Assembly: GCA_002269645.1 (NCBI GenBank)
Contig: NIVC01000507.1
Coordinates: forward strand, 499,876-563,875
Direction: 5' to 3'
Length of the DNA: 64,000 bases
Source of the DNA: Macrostomum lignano
Lineage: Eukaryota
This document shows positions 1-38,620 of the stretch, in pieces. Below the pieces are notes generated by a model that saw only the letters and a list, made by a program, of their open reading frames with translations, had not been told where the DNA came from and did not search any database. A program made the position numbers and the translations under genes. Position 1 is the first letter of the stretch. Each line of letters opens with the position of its first letter.

Positions 1-5147
<5,147 letters not shown>

Positions 5148-8100
5148 ATGAAGAAGATTTACGTTGGCAATCTGCCTCCTTCAATTCGCTCACAAGAAGT
5201 AAAGGATGTTTTCAAAAAGTATGGTCATATTGCCAGCCTTGATCTTAAAAATAGCCGCGGTCCACCGTTTGCATTCATTGAGTACGAAGATGAACGGTAT
5301 GTTTCAAGCCTGGGCAGTTTAAAATATGCTTTACTTTTAATGGTTTGTTTCAGTTCCTCAATAATAAAATCTTTCAGATTTTACAGGTAGGGGGCGACCC
5401 AGTCCCGGGCCCGGGCCCGAAAAGTCGGGAATCCCGACCAAAATCGTGGCCCGACCCGGGCCCGGGCCCGACCCTAAAAAAGTCGGGAAATCGGGACAAG
5501 TCTTTTTTCCCTAAAGGCACTAACTGCGTGCGAATAAGAATAAAATTATTTTTATTCACAGCACAGCACAACACTCAGTTAAGCATCGCATCAGCACTCA
5601 AGACTCAAGCACTGCACGACTGCAGTAATAGTAATAGATGATATGATGTGAAGTAGCAATATCATTGATTTGTAGTAGGCTCTTAGCGTGAGCGTCTGTG
5701 ACTGTGACCGTGAGCGTCAGCCACAGCCAGTTTCCACTTTCCAGGAAGATCGGATTTTTTCCAGGAAGATAAAATTAAAACATAGTTTTGCAATACTTTT
5801 TTGCAATATTGATTCCACTTTACACGCTGCAGGCTGCAGCCTAAAAGCAAAAATATGATTCTTAAAAAAGTTGATTTGTCAATTTTAAGCTTTTGTAAAT
5901 AACATTTCCTATTTACATTCCAAGAAGTACCTATTAAGGGCCAAGGCTACCATTTTTCCAAGAAGTTTGCTATCTGTCAGAGTTTGTAATCGTGTTCATA
6001 TTTGTATTGTATTCGTAGGTAGTTGTAGTCGTAGACTCATAGTATCGTATTCGTAATCATATTCGTTTAGGTAGGTAGGTGAGCAGGTAGGCAGGTATCA
6101 GCTAATTACTTGTATTTCCATTGTCTGTTTGCCTGTTCTGTTGAGACAGTTGAGTGTTGTGTTGTGTTGTCACTTCACTTGTGTTCTGTTCTGTTGTCTT
6201 GTCTTGTTGTCTTATTGAATACTGACTGTGTACATGGCTCTTTACATTGAAGCTATGTAAAGGAATTAAAAATTCAAATAAAAGAATCAATCAATTGATT
6301 TGGTTCTTACTTCCTTATTGCTTCCAATGCCAAGTGCCTTACACTTAATGCTTCAGCTTTTCTTCTTTTTGCTTACTGCCACTGCCAGTGCCAGCCGCAC
6401 TACCGCAGTGCCTGCTTGCCTACCTCACTGCCTATTAGTGTCACTGTCACTGGCACACACACAGTACTTGTGCCACACAGTGACATTGAATTTGAACTAT
6501 TGGGTATATTGATATTTGAGTATTAGGTCTTTTAATGTAACTCTTATCTATTCTGAAGTCTTAACTAATATAATGTATTAAATAAAAATAATATTTATTA
6601 TATTATATATTTAATATATATTTAATTTAATATATTATATTTATTATATTTATATATTATTATATATTCAATATATTTATATATTATAATATATTTAATG
6701 TTTATCATATATTTATTATACATTTAATATATTATATTAGATTTAATATATCTATATATTTATTATATATTTAATAGTAATCCGCATATGCTAAAAGTAT
6801 TAAGATTTATTATGATTTTTTTTCCAATTATTGAGCTGTCCTAAAGATCTTGTCCCGAATTCCCGAGGCCCGACCCGGGCCCGAGTCCTCATTCCCGGGC
6901 CCGACCCGGGCCCGACTTTGGCTGTCCCGGTCGCCCCCTATTTACAGGTCTAATAAATTAGGCTCAAATTAGGTGTGTAGTTTAACTCTAAAGCCTTTGG
7001 ATAAGCACTTCAGTTAGTCATAAACAAGCAGCTCAAAAACGAAAAGTTACAAAAATGTGGTATACTTTGAACTTAAAAAAACAATAACAAAACAACATTT
7101 TCCTAATCTTATAATAAAATTGTCAGAAAAAAATATTTGCCATATGGTAGGCCTATTGGTAGGCCCCTTAATATAGGCAGTTGTTATTTGTCCAGTGACC
7201 AGACAAATAGCCTTTTTGCTATTTGTCCAGTTAAATTGCTATCACAAACTTATCTATTTGTTCGTGATGAATATTCTATTCTAGATTTTTAAGACTTTTT
7301 CTTATATACTAGTAAGCAAAGCAATGTATTCAATTTGGAATAATTTGGTGTATTAAGAAACACACTAGTATAACAACATAATAATCAAGATACGAGTAAG
7401 AAATCTTTAAAGTCTAGGAATGTTTTACCCTTGTAGTTTCTATGAAATAGATATTTTAGCATTATCAATTTAACCGGACAAATAACAAAATGCCTATTTG
7501 TCCAGTATTAACCAGATAAATAAGAAAGCATCTCATTAGCCTATCCAATAACTGGACAAATAACCATATCGCTATTCGTCTAGTCACTGGACAAATAACA
7601 ACTAGGGCCTACCATTAATATAATAGGGCCTAGTCTTTAAAAAAAGTCTTCTTTTTACTTTTTTTTTAAAATAACAGAAACCTTTGCTAAAGCTTAGATC
7701 AATCTTAACAAATTATTTACCAAAATGACTACTTAGGCTTAGAGGTCAGATAAGATCTTAATCTTGTAGGCCTTATCAATATTTAAGATTTTGACTTTTT
7801 TCTCAATTTAATATTAATCAAATCTTAATTTGAAAAAAATGCCAAGAAAAAGGCTTAATGGTGATATATAGTTAAATATCAACTAAAGATTACCTCTTAA
7901 AAATCCCTATAGGAAAAAGTTGTAAAACCGCGGACGGTGTCCGGCGCACTTTTGAAATTTTTCTAAAGCGCAGCGCGCGCACAGGCGCAGCGCCTGCGCG
8001 CGCTGCCCTTTCTTACTGGCTGCTGCTCTAGCAAATACATATACATGGAAATGGGTATAATACCTCTGTTGAAGGGGCTTATACACTCGTAATTTATTAA

Positions 8101-11100
8101 GCTTAGAGATGTTCCGAAAATTCAATTTCAATTTTCCAAAATTTGAAATTTTTTAGAGCGAATTTCAATTTCGAAATAAAATTTAGAAGTGAAAATTTTG
8201 GTAGTGTCTAAAAAGTCGCTAAAAATAAACTACTTTCTACTACATATACATGTATTACTTTTTGCTTAAGCAGTAAATTGAAAGTAAAAAAGTGAGTGTT
8301 GATCATACTAAACTTTGTTTTTCTGAATTATGATTTCGGGAAATTTCAATTTTGATTTTGGAAAGTTAGCGAATTTTGATTTCGACAAAACTGCAGATCT
8401 TTTGGAACATCTCTAATAATCCTAAAGCGCGGTAAAATAGTTTGACTCTTTTCTAAAGCGCGCGTCCGCGGGTTTTTAACATTTATTCCAATAGGGTTAA
8501 AAATGAAGCAATATAGAAAATTATAATGCAATTTATAAGAAAAACAAAATTAAAACCTTGAATAAAAATTTTTAGCAATAACAGACATTGTCAAGTTTAG
8601 TAAAAGTCTTAAACCTAATGTATTAAGAAATATTCCTAAAAATGGTATACAAACAACTTAAGGCTTCTAAGCATAACTTTTTTACTTTTATATTGGCATA
8701 AAAATAAAACTAAAAAAGTAAAACTTTATTTCTAACATAGGCCTGCCATGATCTAGACTACCTATATTAAGGGAACAAGTATAAAGGAATACAAGGCCAA
8801 GTGTTTAAAAAAATGATGCACTTGAAAATTTCTATAGATGTTTTTTTTTACAAATTAAAGGTTGTAGTTTTAATAAACATACACAAAACTTATATTTGTT
8901 TTTTAAATATAGATTTTAATTTTATTTCAAATTTTAGCTTTTAATTAGCTTTGTCTTATTTAAATAAAATATCTCAAAATCCCAATCAAATATCATATCA
9001 AATTTCTAAAAAAATATCAAATGTCAAAAATCTTGAAAGTTTAATATTGCCTATATATATAGGGCAAAATCCAAAAATTGAGGGCAAGTTTTTTGTAATT
9101 TTGTTTTTTTGTGATTCAAAAGCTATAAAATAAATTCATTTTAGTTTAAAAAAAGTTGCAAAAATCTATAAAAGCACAAATCAATAATGTATTGTCTTAT
9201 CTTTAATAAGACGATTTGTTAAAATAGTAAATTAAATTATGACTAAAATAACTGCTAATAAAAATGATAAAAAAAGCTTTCATAATGTATTTATTAACTT
9301 TAAGTATTCTTTACTATTAATTTCTATTATTTTGCTACATATTTAACATTCTTTTGAGAGTTTATTTGTTTATCATTTTTGTTACTATTACAATGTGTAC
9401 TTTGTAGAGTTCAACTACAAGAAATACTGCATTCAACATAAGTTTCTTTTTAAGCATACAAATTTCCATAAGGATGAGAAAATTGCATTTTACTTAGCTT
9501 CTACTGAAGCGACTTGAGAAATTCTTTTTTTCCTAAATACACGCTGCAATTATACATATTTAAGTGTAATTTCATTGTTCTTCGTTGATGTTTTTTCCTA
9601 CATGTATGCTGCGATGATGCATATTTAACTGTAAGTTTATGATATTTCATTGCTTACTTCGTCTACAGGATGCATTTGATTTGAATTCAGGATTTACATT
9701 TTGTGGTCCAAAATTTTCGACTGAAATTTTTAAAGCTTGAATGGGCCTATTTATTAAAAATACCATACAAGTCAATACTTAAATCAAAGAGGACATCTTA
9801 AAGATTATTTTGCAACAAGAAATAAGTGGTATACTTACTTTGGGAGAAAAAGTTTTGCTGGCAAAGTTTGCGCTTTGAGTTAGTATTGAGTTTTTGAGAG
9901 TTTAGGTGGTTTTAGAAAAAGTTCAAAATCTTTTGAACTGCTTGTTCTTTAAAAAAAATAAAAAGTAAAACACATAATTCTTTCTCCTTTGTAAGCAAAA
10001 GCAAAAATTAGCCTTTTTCGAGGCTTAAAAGTCTTATAACTAATTGTTTATTTGCAAAAAAAGTGAAAAAAAATTGCAAAGGTGTCAACATACACTTTAA
10101 AAAATGCTATTTTGTGGTTTTACTCATTTATTCAGCAATGCAGTGGCATAAAAGTAAAAGTCTGTATCCTGAAATTTTTTTAAAGACTTACCTGTCCTTT
10201 AAAATACTTTATCTGATACATTACCTTCCATTCAAAGTCCGCAGATTTGTTTTACCGCTTTATCCCACGTTTTGGATTTTGCCATGGGCAATATTACAAC
10301 ACATGACATAGGGGTTACTTCCCTCTATTAATATCTTACTAATTAGCCACCAAAGTTGTAACAGGATGATTGCTCTCATTGAAATTATCTTACCACTGAC
10401 ACCAAAGTTGTCAAAGGGGCTGAGCTTCTGTCCTTATAAATAATCTCACAATGCTACCAGCTGTTACTAGGCTAATTCCTATATTTAATTAATGTATGAA
10501 TGTACTTATACTTATTGGTAGCGTGACTACTCCTCTATCTACTTCTATATTGGTAGTATCTACTTATCTTATTGGTAATATCTATTGGTAATATCTATAT
10601 CATTATAATTTATATAACTCATTATATGGAAAGCCAATATTGTATTAAGCTTAAAAAGCTTACAAAGCTTAATAAGTTTTGTAGCTTTATTTTATTTTTT
10701 TTTTAAAAAGTCAACTACTAGAAAACAAAAACTGATAGATAAAATGATCATATACCTTCACAAAGCAAGCAATAGATGTTGCAGACCTCTTTTGTACTAT
10801 GGCAAAAGTATTGGTATAGAGAATCACAATCTGTTTGCTATTATAATCAGTTTATATACAGGGTTGACTAGACTAAGCATGTCACCATATCCTAACATAC
10901 CCATGGTTATGATAGTGTCTATGTTTCAAAAGCTTGATTCAGTTTCTAAGCAATATTGCATGGCTTTTTTCCTAGTTAAGCTAAACTAGCAATAGAATGA
11001 ATTACTATTTGATCAAACTTTTGAAATGATTTTTCGAAAGCTTTATAGTCTCAATTGGAAGAAATTTTCAGTCAAATCTCTGTTAGAAATTGCAATATTA

Positions 11101-13656
11101 ATTAGCAATGCTATGTAGTACAAGACTGCAAAATTTTTCTCTATCAACTTTGCCTATAAAGAGCAGAAAGTGGGGCCCTAATTAGAAGTAGCTGAGTGTA
11201 ATAGCAAAAGTTTAAAAGCTTTCAAGTTCTAAACTTTTTCATTTTGCTATAGACAAAAATTGTAACTTTTATTTTTAAGGTATACACTTTCATTTAGGAT
11301 TACCCAGTTAAATGCAGTTATACAAAGCTTTAAATAAAGTTGTTAGTTGCCCATATGTATAAAACTGTTGGGTAGAAATTAGTTTACAATAATAATAATA
11401 TTAATAATAAAATAATTGATAATTATATCAATTAATGACTATGCAATGGTGTTTGGATCAAATTCTTTTTGAAATATAAAGGATAAATAACTATGGTCCT
11501 ATTAAAACCATTTTTTCTAGCATATTGGACACTTAGTATATGTCTATTTAGTATATAGGATATGAAAGCATGCTTGGGCGCAACCTTAAGAATCACCTGG
11601 CCATTTCTATTGGCAACACATACATGTAAGTTGCTATTGGCTGAAAGCAGTCATGACTACTATTCTGCCCAATAGCAACTTACATGTGTGTGTTGCCAAT
11701 AGAGATGGCCAGGTGATTCCCAAGGTTGCGCATGTATGTATCAAAGCTTTAGCAAAATTGGAAAATCAGAAATTTCATTCACCTAACTTAAGTCTAAAAA
11801 GTGGCTAATACTATTTATCTTAACTGTAGCTCCTATTACCCCAACTATATAGTGTGTATATGGCAAAGAATCCTTGTTGCTTAAGTCACTGACCCTAGAA
11901 ACTTAAAAGCTTGTATGTTACAAAGCATTGTCTATCATTTCACTAAATGGCTGATAAAAAAGTTTTATAAATAGATTGATGTTAGTAAAATATCTTGTTG
12001 CTTTTTCATCTTTAAAAAACTCAAACAAGGTAAAATCACTTAGAAGACTTTTTCTTCTAAAAAAGAAGACTTATGAAGACTTGTGCTTAGAATTAAATCA
12101 AAAGAACACAGATTAACAATCAGAATTGTGTGTTTTTGGAAGCATTAGAATGATTAGTGCCATTTGACATTCCCAAGTATCAGACTTGTGCCAGGTTGTT
12201 TGACTTTGTTCTACACATAATTAATGGCTACTAAATTGATATAATAGTAGATGAACTTTAACGATAAAAATATCGTGTTTAATCTGATTTACCTGTTTTA
12301 ACAATTCAACTCAAACTTAGCGACGCCGAAGACGCTGTCAGAGGCCGCGACGGCTATAATCTAGACGGCTACAGTATTCGGGTTGAATTCCCGCGTCATG
12401 GCGAGGGTTTTAAACCGCGCGGCGGTGGCGGCGGATTTGGCGGCGCCCGCGGCGGCGGAGCCCGCGGCGGAGGCCCATCGTCGAGGCGCGGCGAGTTCAG
12501 GGTGACGGTGAGCGGCCTGCCGGCTGGAGCATCCTGGCAGGATCTCAAAGATCACATGCGCTCTGCTGGCGATGTTGGCTTTGCTGACGTGCGCAACGGC
12601 GTTGGCTTTGTGGAATTTATGCGCTACGAAGATATGAAAGCGGCTATACGCAAGCTTGACGATTCTAAGCTGCGCTCGCATCAGGTAAAGGCATTTTTTA
12701 TTTTATTGATTTTCAATTTGTTGATTTCCTGACTTCTAGGATTTAGGGATCTTCAAGGGAACAATTTAGGATCTTCAAGTGGCTAACTTTATGGCGATTA
12801 TTTGGGATCTTCAAGGAACTGTTTGGGATCTTCAGGGGACTATTTGGGACCTTCATTAGAATCATTTGGAATTTTCAAGGGACTATTTGGGATCTTCAGG
12901 GGACTATTTGGGACCTTCAACGGACTATTTAGGATTTTCAGGGGGCTATTTGGGATCTTAAGGGGACTATCTGAGAACTTCAAGGAACTATTTGAGATCT
13001 TTAGGATCTTCATGCAAGTATTTGAGATCTTCAGGGGATTAGTTGGGATATTTAGGATCTTCAATAAACTATTTGGGATATTTAGGATCTTCATGCAAGT
13101 ATTTGATATCTTCAAGAAACTATTAGGGATCTTTAGGATCTTCATGCAAGTATTTGATATCTTCAAGGAACTATTTGGGATCTTCAGGGTACTATTAGGG
13201 ATCTTTAGGATCTTCATGCAAGTATTTGATATCTTCAAGGAACTATTTGGGATCTTCAGGGTACTATTAGGGATCTTTAGGATCTTCATGCAAGTATTTG
13301 ATATCTTCAAGGAACTATTTGGGATCTTCAGGGGAAACTATAATTGTTATTTTTTTAGTAAAGACAAGTTAGGATATTTTTTAAAAAGAAAAAAATATTT
13401 TTATATGATGGCGCAACTTGTAATTTGAAAAAAACACGCCCAGGGCGAATCCGGCTACATCCGGGTCAAAGAGGATCGTCCCGGCGGCGGAGGCGCCGGT
13501 CGATCGCCTTCGCGTTCGGCTTCTCGGTCCCGATCGAGGTCCCGATCGAGGTCCCGCTCAAGGTCCCGGTCGCCTCCGCCGCGTCGCCGGGCCTCGCCAA
13601 CTTATTCGCCGATGCGCAATGGGCAGTCACGTTCTCGCAGTCGCAGCCGTTCTTAG
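5148..13656 (+). CDS. SRSF1: SR splicing factor SRSF1/SF2-ASF-like; exons 5148-5296, 12321-12684, 13444-13656
   Basis: RRM1 (IYVGNLP; [37 protein letters not shown]), a Gly-rich linker, pseudo-RRM2 with the [10 protein letters not shown] signature, then GESGYIRVK and an RS domain ending SRSRSRS-stop. Junctions are GT-AG and in phase. SRSF9 cannot be strictly excluded. Confidence 0.93.
5388..6940. mobile_element. Non-autonomous hAT-type DNA transposon in SRSF1 intron 1
   Basis: 12-bp TIR TAGGGGGCGACC...GGTCGCCCCCTA, subterminal CCCGGGCCCGA repeats at both ends, and a perfect 8-bp TSD TTTACAGG (5380-5387 and 6941-6948). No transposase ORF. Confidence 0.9.
7180..7602. mobile_element. MITE-like element with 32-bp inverted termini
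   Basis: GTTGTTATTTGTCCAGTGACCAGACAAATAGC (7180-7211) matches the reverse complement of 7571-7602 with 2 mismatches; internal ATTTGTCCAG sub-repeats. Confidence 0.7.
7905..8496. mobile_element. piggyBac-like MITE
   Basis: Imperfect inverted termini beginning CCCTAT(A/T)GGAA...AAAACCGCGGACG; the right end reads AGGG followed by TTAA. The left TTAA is degenerate. Confidence 0.55.
11569..11738. mobile_element. Palindromic hAT-type MITE, copy 2
   Basis: Same termini and arms as 1418-1590; near-perfect 8-bp TSD TATGAAAG/TATCAAAG. Confidence 0.85.
12740..13332. repeat. Degenerate tandem repeat (GGATCTTCAAGG/ACTATTTGG units) filling SRSF1 intron 2
   Basis: Reiterated units are visible; they account for the spurious 208-aa and 156-aa ORFs. 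Confidence 0.85.
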
Positions 13657-14267
13657 AGCTGTCGAGTACTGCTGTACTATTTAACAACTTGAACTGTTTT
13701 GTCGGGCGATCTCTGTTGGTTAGCGTGTGTTTTTCTGCAGGTAGGTTTTTTATTCTATGCTCTGAGTGTTTTTAGTGCTGGTTTTCTGTGTTGTCTGTTT
13801 CTAATAATCCTTTTATGTTTTCTTTGTTGTAGTATCAATTATATTAATTTTCATACTAGGCAGAGGGGGAGGTAATTTATAAATTCCGTTTTTAAAGTAG
13901 TGGAATTGTTGTTCTGTACCAGAACTGTAACCGCACGTTCAATAACTATTTATTATTATTCATAAAAATCCTTTAAAAAGCACGTTTAATATCCACTCCC
14001 TCTGTTGTTGTAATCCTTGCTATTTTCAATATCTCAAAAATGTTTGTTATCAAAACTTTTTTTCGTCAGTTTTCTCTTTTTCTCTTACAAATTTAAGATG
14101 ATGGCCCGTCACTCTCTGTGATCCAATTGGGATGTGGATGCTGGAGACCCCCCACGGAGCGATGGAGCTTGGAAGGAATCGTTGGATTTTGTCTAGAAAC
14201 TAAAAGCCTGGCCCTCCAGAGTCCTGGGAGTCCTAGCTTTCCGCTTTCAAGGAATCGCTTTGGTGAC

Positions 14268-14830
14268 CATTGAGGACAAAGCACTGTGGACAAGGAGACA
14301 GGACAAGCTCTTTGAGGACAGATCACTGTGGACAAGGAGACAGGACAAGCTCTTTGAGGACAGATCACTGTGGACAAGGAGACAGGACAAGCTCTTTGAG
14401 GACAGATCACTGTGGACAAGGAGACAGGACAAGCTCTTTGAGGACAGATCACTGTGGACAAGGAGACAGGACAAGCTCTTTGAGGACAAAGCACTGTGGA
14501 CAAGGGGACAGGACAAATCACTGTGGACAAGGGGACAGGACAGATCACTGTGGACAAGGGGACAGGACAAATCACTGTGGACAAGGGGACAGGACAGATC
14601 ACTGTGGACAAGGGGACAGGACAGATCACCGTGGACAAGGGGACAGGACAAAGCACTGTGGACAAGGGGACAGGACAGATCACTGTGGACAAGGGGACAG
14701 GACAGATCACTGTGGACAAGGAGACAGGACAGATCACTGTGGACAAGGAGACAAATCACTGTGGACAAGGAGACAAATCACTGTGGACAAGGAGACAAAT
14801 CACTGCGGACAAGGACACTGAGGACAAGAC
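14268..14830. repeat. Minisatellite (CACTGTGGACAAGG(A/G)GACAGGACAGAT; about 27-bp and 45-bp variants) between the convergent 3' ends of SRSF1 and SH2 gene A
   Basis: Direct tandem units. Confidence 0.9.
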
Positions 14831-15243
14831 ATTGTATGCAAGAGGAAATTCATCTTTATCCGGTAAGTTTTGATAAAAATTTGTACCCAAATATTCGCCA
14901 CAATTTATTTATTATTCTCTTCTGTTTCTAAACTGACTGGTTTTCTTATAGCAACTAACGTTTTTGACTTTTAAGCACAAGTTTTAATTTGTACTACGAT
15001 TAAAATAACAATAAATGTAAAACGCTACCAACAATTACAGTTAATCCGACTCCCTGTCAGTTATGCGGCATTGATAATTGGTTACGGATTTATTGTCGTT
15101 TATTGTTAATTTATTATTATTAATTCATAATGATATGCGATCTGTAAGAATAAATATTAATAACTAAGCAGTCATTTCGGTTTAGATTATTGATTAAGCT
15201 CTAGAGCTTTTTGAAAACTTTTAAATAGCTGGCCTTCGTAAGT

Positions 15244-27071
<11,828 letters not shown>

Positions 27072-27491
27072 GGCGAATAATTATAGTTGGCAACAATTTT
27101 GCACCGAGTCGGATCTTCTGCTTCAAGTCAGTCATTCCTATTAAAGGCTAAAATGTTTGATTCTGTCTATCCACTGTTTACAGCTGCCTCCCCCCGCGTA
27201 GTGGCCTTCGTAATCGCGTCTAAATCATAATATAGCTTCTTTCTGCTGCTATTGCAAGCTTGAATTAGCATTCATTTGTGGTAAGTTCAACAAAAATTTG
27301 GCTTGTTAGGCATTAAACTTGACGGCTGATGCCCTGGCGCAAAACTCTTTTTCAGACTTTGAAACGAAAGTTTGCTTAAGATCTTTTCAAGGGTTTATTG
27401 CCGTGAAACTTAGCACGCAAATACCCGCGTGAAGTTTCGATGCTAGAATACGTAAAGAACTTGCTTGCAGAAGAGTTAACAACAGATACTA

Positions 27492-28102
<611 letters not shown>

Positions 28103-28727
28103 CTTCGAACATCCTGGCGAAAGAATTTTCATTTAAAGTGTAAACTGATCCGGAGTTATGAGCGTTTCAATTTTAGATGCAATGCAAACAAGCATGCCTT
28201 CAAAAATTGTCATAGATTTCGGGTGTTGCGTCCTTCTACTTACACTAAGTAGTCCTTGTTTTAATATTTAAGTCAATTTCGGGAAAGTAATCAAGACATA
28301 CCAAAGCGTCAAATGCTACTATAAATAAGTAGAAATCTTGCAGAGGCAGTACGAGTATTCTGAAAATTCCATTAAAATTTATTAGTAGTTGATATTATTG
28401 CTTAGTAATACACAGATTTAAGAAGCACACGAGCGTATTTGTTTGTATTGAATGCTTCAAGACGACAGTATAAAATTTTCGCTAATTTGGCTGGAGCCAG
28501 AGAGAGAGAAATGTTAGTAAATGTTGAATAAATCGAGCATGAATATACGCACCATAAAAAAGTTTGTCAGCCGTCAAATTTATTCAACTAAAAACTGATT
28601 TCTCAAAATTCTATGAACAGCTATTGGGTGTAGCGACCAATTAATGGCTTGGGAGACCAGTCAATGTGTGTCGGGTGCTCAGACCTGTGCTCAGACAAGG
28701 TTCGTCTTCGCAACAAGGCGGACCGCT

Positions 28728-36296
<7,569 letters not shown>

Positions 36297-36744
36297 TTCT
36301 CGCTGCAACTTTGGCACCTCCTTAGTTTACGATAGGTTAACTTGAAGCTGAAGTTGGCGCCCCACGTACCCTGCATACACACCAGGTGTTTGCTTGCAGA
36401 CACTGCTGAACTGCATGCAGTGATATCCAGCTGTTAAGCTTTGGCTAAGCGAAATGACTTGAAGACTCGAGTAAATATAGTTTATTAATAGTTGACACCA
36501 TCCAGATTTTAACCATTGATAAACTCTGACACACGACGTCCGCTTGAACATTCATTTCCTATGGTTACTTGTACAACTTGCTCTGGCTGGATGCTTTAGG
36601 AGTTAGTAATTATTCAAGGTATAGGCTACAGCATGTGTGCCAAGGTATGTTTATTTTCAAAGTTTCTAGTAGTTAAATAATACAACATCGCCAAGAATTC
36701 CATTCCTTGAAGGCATTGCTATATACTTGATTTTTAACCCCCGT

Positions 36745-37035
36745 GTGAGCCATGGCATCTTAGCAACTCCCCCAGTGAGCCATGGCATCTCAACAACTCC
36801 CCCTGTGAGCCATGGCATCTCAGCAACTCCCCCTGTGAGCCATGGCATCTCAGCAACTCCCCCTGTGAGCCATGGCATCTCAGCAACTCCCCCTGTGAGC
36901 CATGGCATCTCAGCAACTCCCCCAGTGAGCCATGGCATCTCAGCAACTCCCCCTGTGAGCCATGGCATCTCAGCAACTCCCCCAGTGAGCCATGGCATCT
37001 CAGCAACTTCCCATGTGAGCCATGACAGCTCAGCA
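36745..37035. repeat. 30-bp tandem repeat (GTGAGCCATGGCATCTCAGCAACTCCCCC(T/A))
   Basis: About 9.5 copies. Confidence 0.95.
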
Positions 37036-38289
37036 ACTCAACCACCTTGGCATCCAATGACCAGACTGGGTTGAGCAATATTGAGTAACTTTAAGCGTTT
37101 TAAATTTTTGATTTGAATAAATCAAGTATTGAATAAGACCCGATAAAATTCAAAGACGTGACGCGAATAGTTAACTTTTTCTAAGAAATCAAACAAAGGC
37201 AGCACTGCATGGCGGTAAGAGTAGAATGCAAATTCGCAAATTTAATAATTTATTTAACAAACAAAAAATAGAATTTATCTAATTAAATCACAAACAGTGT
37301 TTCAAAAATAAAAATAAAAATAGCTAAGAATTTATATTAATTAGTTCATGAATTTTCTTGCACTGTGTGGTGAGTAAAAGCTTTAGAAGAAGGGCACAAG
37401 ATATACGCTCGTAACTTGCTCATTAAAAAACTCTGAATACCCGGGACAGGTAGCTAATGACTCTTTTTTCGATGCCCTCGTGAAACTCGAACAAAGTTTA
37501 GCAAAATTACAATCAGGGTTAATAAACAGCGAATAACACCTCACCTGACCAATTAAAGAGTTCAAAGAAGATAACAGATCTTTAGACTCATTAGTTAAGA
37601 TAAAGTGGGGAGTGTGGAGTATCTTTTAGAGCAATAAAATAGAGAATGTGTACACCAATTGGAATGCGAACTAATTAGAATGTACACTCACCAGAATGTA
37701 CACTCACCAGAATTTACACTCACCAGAATGTAAACTCACCCAGAGTGTACACTCACCAGAACTCACCAAAGTGGTATCATCAGGAGTGATAAAAATCAAC
37801 TAATTTACCTATACATTTATTTATTGTAGCTAATAAATTCAGACAAAAATGAACCCAATCTTAGGACAATATAAAGGTCAGGCATACAAAACAGCGCAAG
37901 CCATTATTGAAAAAATAGTAAAAATATTGCAGTAGTATGACAGGCATATACCTGTTCCTCACTTATCTCCTAATATGATTTAATAGTAATATTATCTGCA
38001 ACCCGTTACTTTACAAAATGTTAGTTAGCAAATTAAAAACAAGTCGAAACTGTAAAAAAACCATTAATTTTGAAGCTATATTGTGCTCTTGTTTAAAAAA
38101 TCGCGGTCGTGTTGAAAGGAAAATGTACATAAAATAGAATTATCATCTGCACAATTTGTCTAAAGTGCACTACAGTACAAAAAACCGATTCAAAGTAGAA
38201 AATAAGCTATTAGTGATACATGTAAAAGCCTCCAAAAATTAGCCGACTCTTACTTCAATCCTCTATAAGGTAAAGCTTCCGACCGACCC

Positions 38290-38620
38290 TAACCTTCCGT
38301 TCAACTTCTAAACTCTCACCGTACGCGATAAAAAGAATGGGACACCCACCTCAACCTCCGCTGAACTTCTACCCCCTTTACCGTACGCGATAAAAATAGC
38401 GAGCCACCCACCTCAACCTCCGCTGAACTTCTACCCCCCTCACTGTACGCGATAAAAAGAATGGGACACCCACCTCAACCTCCGCTGAACTTTTACCCCC
38501 TTACCGTACGCGATAAAAATAGCGAGACACCCACCTCAACCTCCGCTGAACTTCTACCCCCCTCACTGTACGCGATAAAAAGAGCGGGACACCCACCCCA
38601 ACCTCCGCTAAACGTCTAAC
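38290..38620. repeat. About 61-bp tandem repeat (CCCACCTCAACCTCCGCTGAACTTCTACCCC...GTACGCGATAAAAA)
   Basis: About 5.5 copies. Confidence 0.9.

Noticed and set aside
9610-9725. Box C/D snoRNA in the SRSF1 intron
   Set aside because: Box C is non-canonical (ATGATGC), and I saw no terminal stem or recognisable rRNA guide.
12802-14931. Repetitive ORFs (IFRIFMQVF; SLWTRGQD; TVDKGTGQ)
   Set aside because: Translations of intronic or intergenic tandem repeats, with no splice or homology support.
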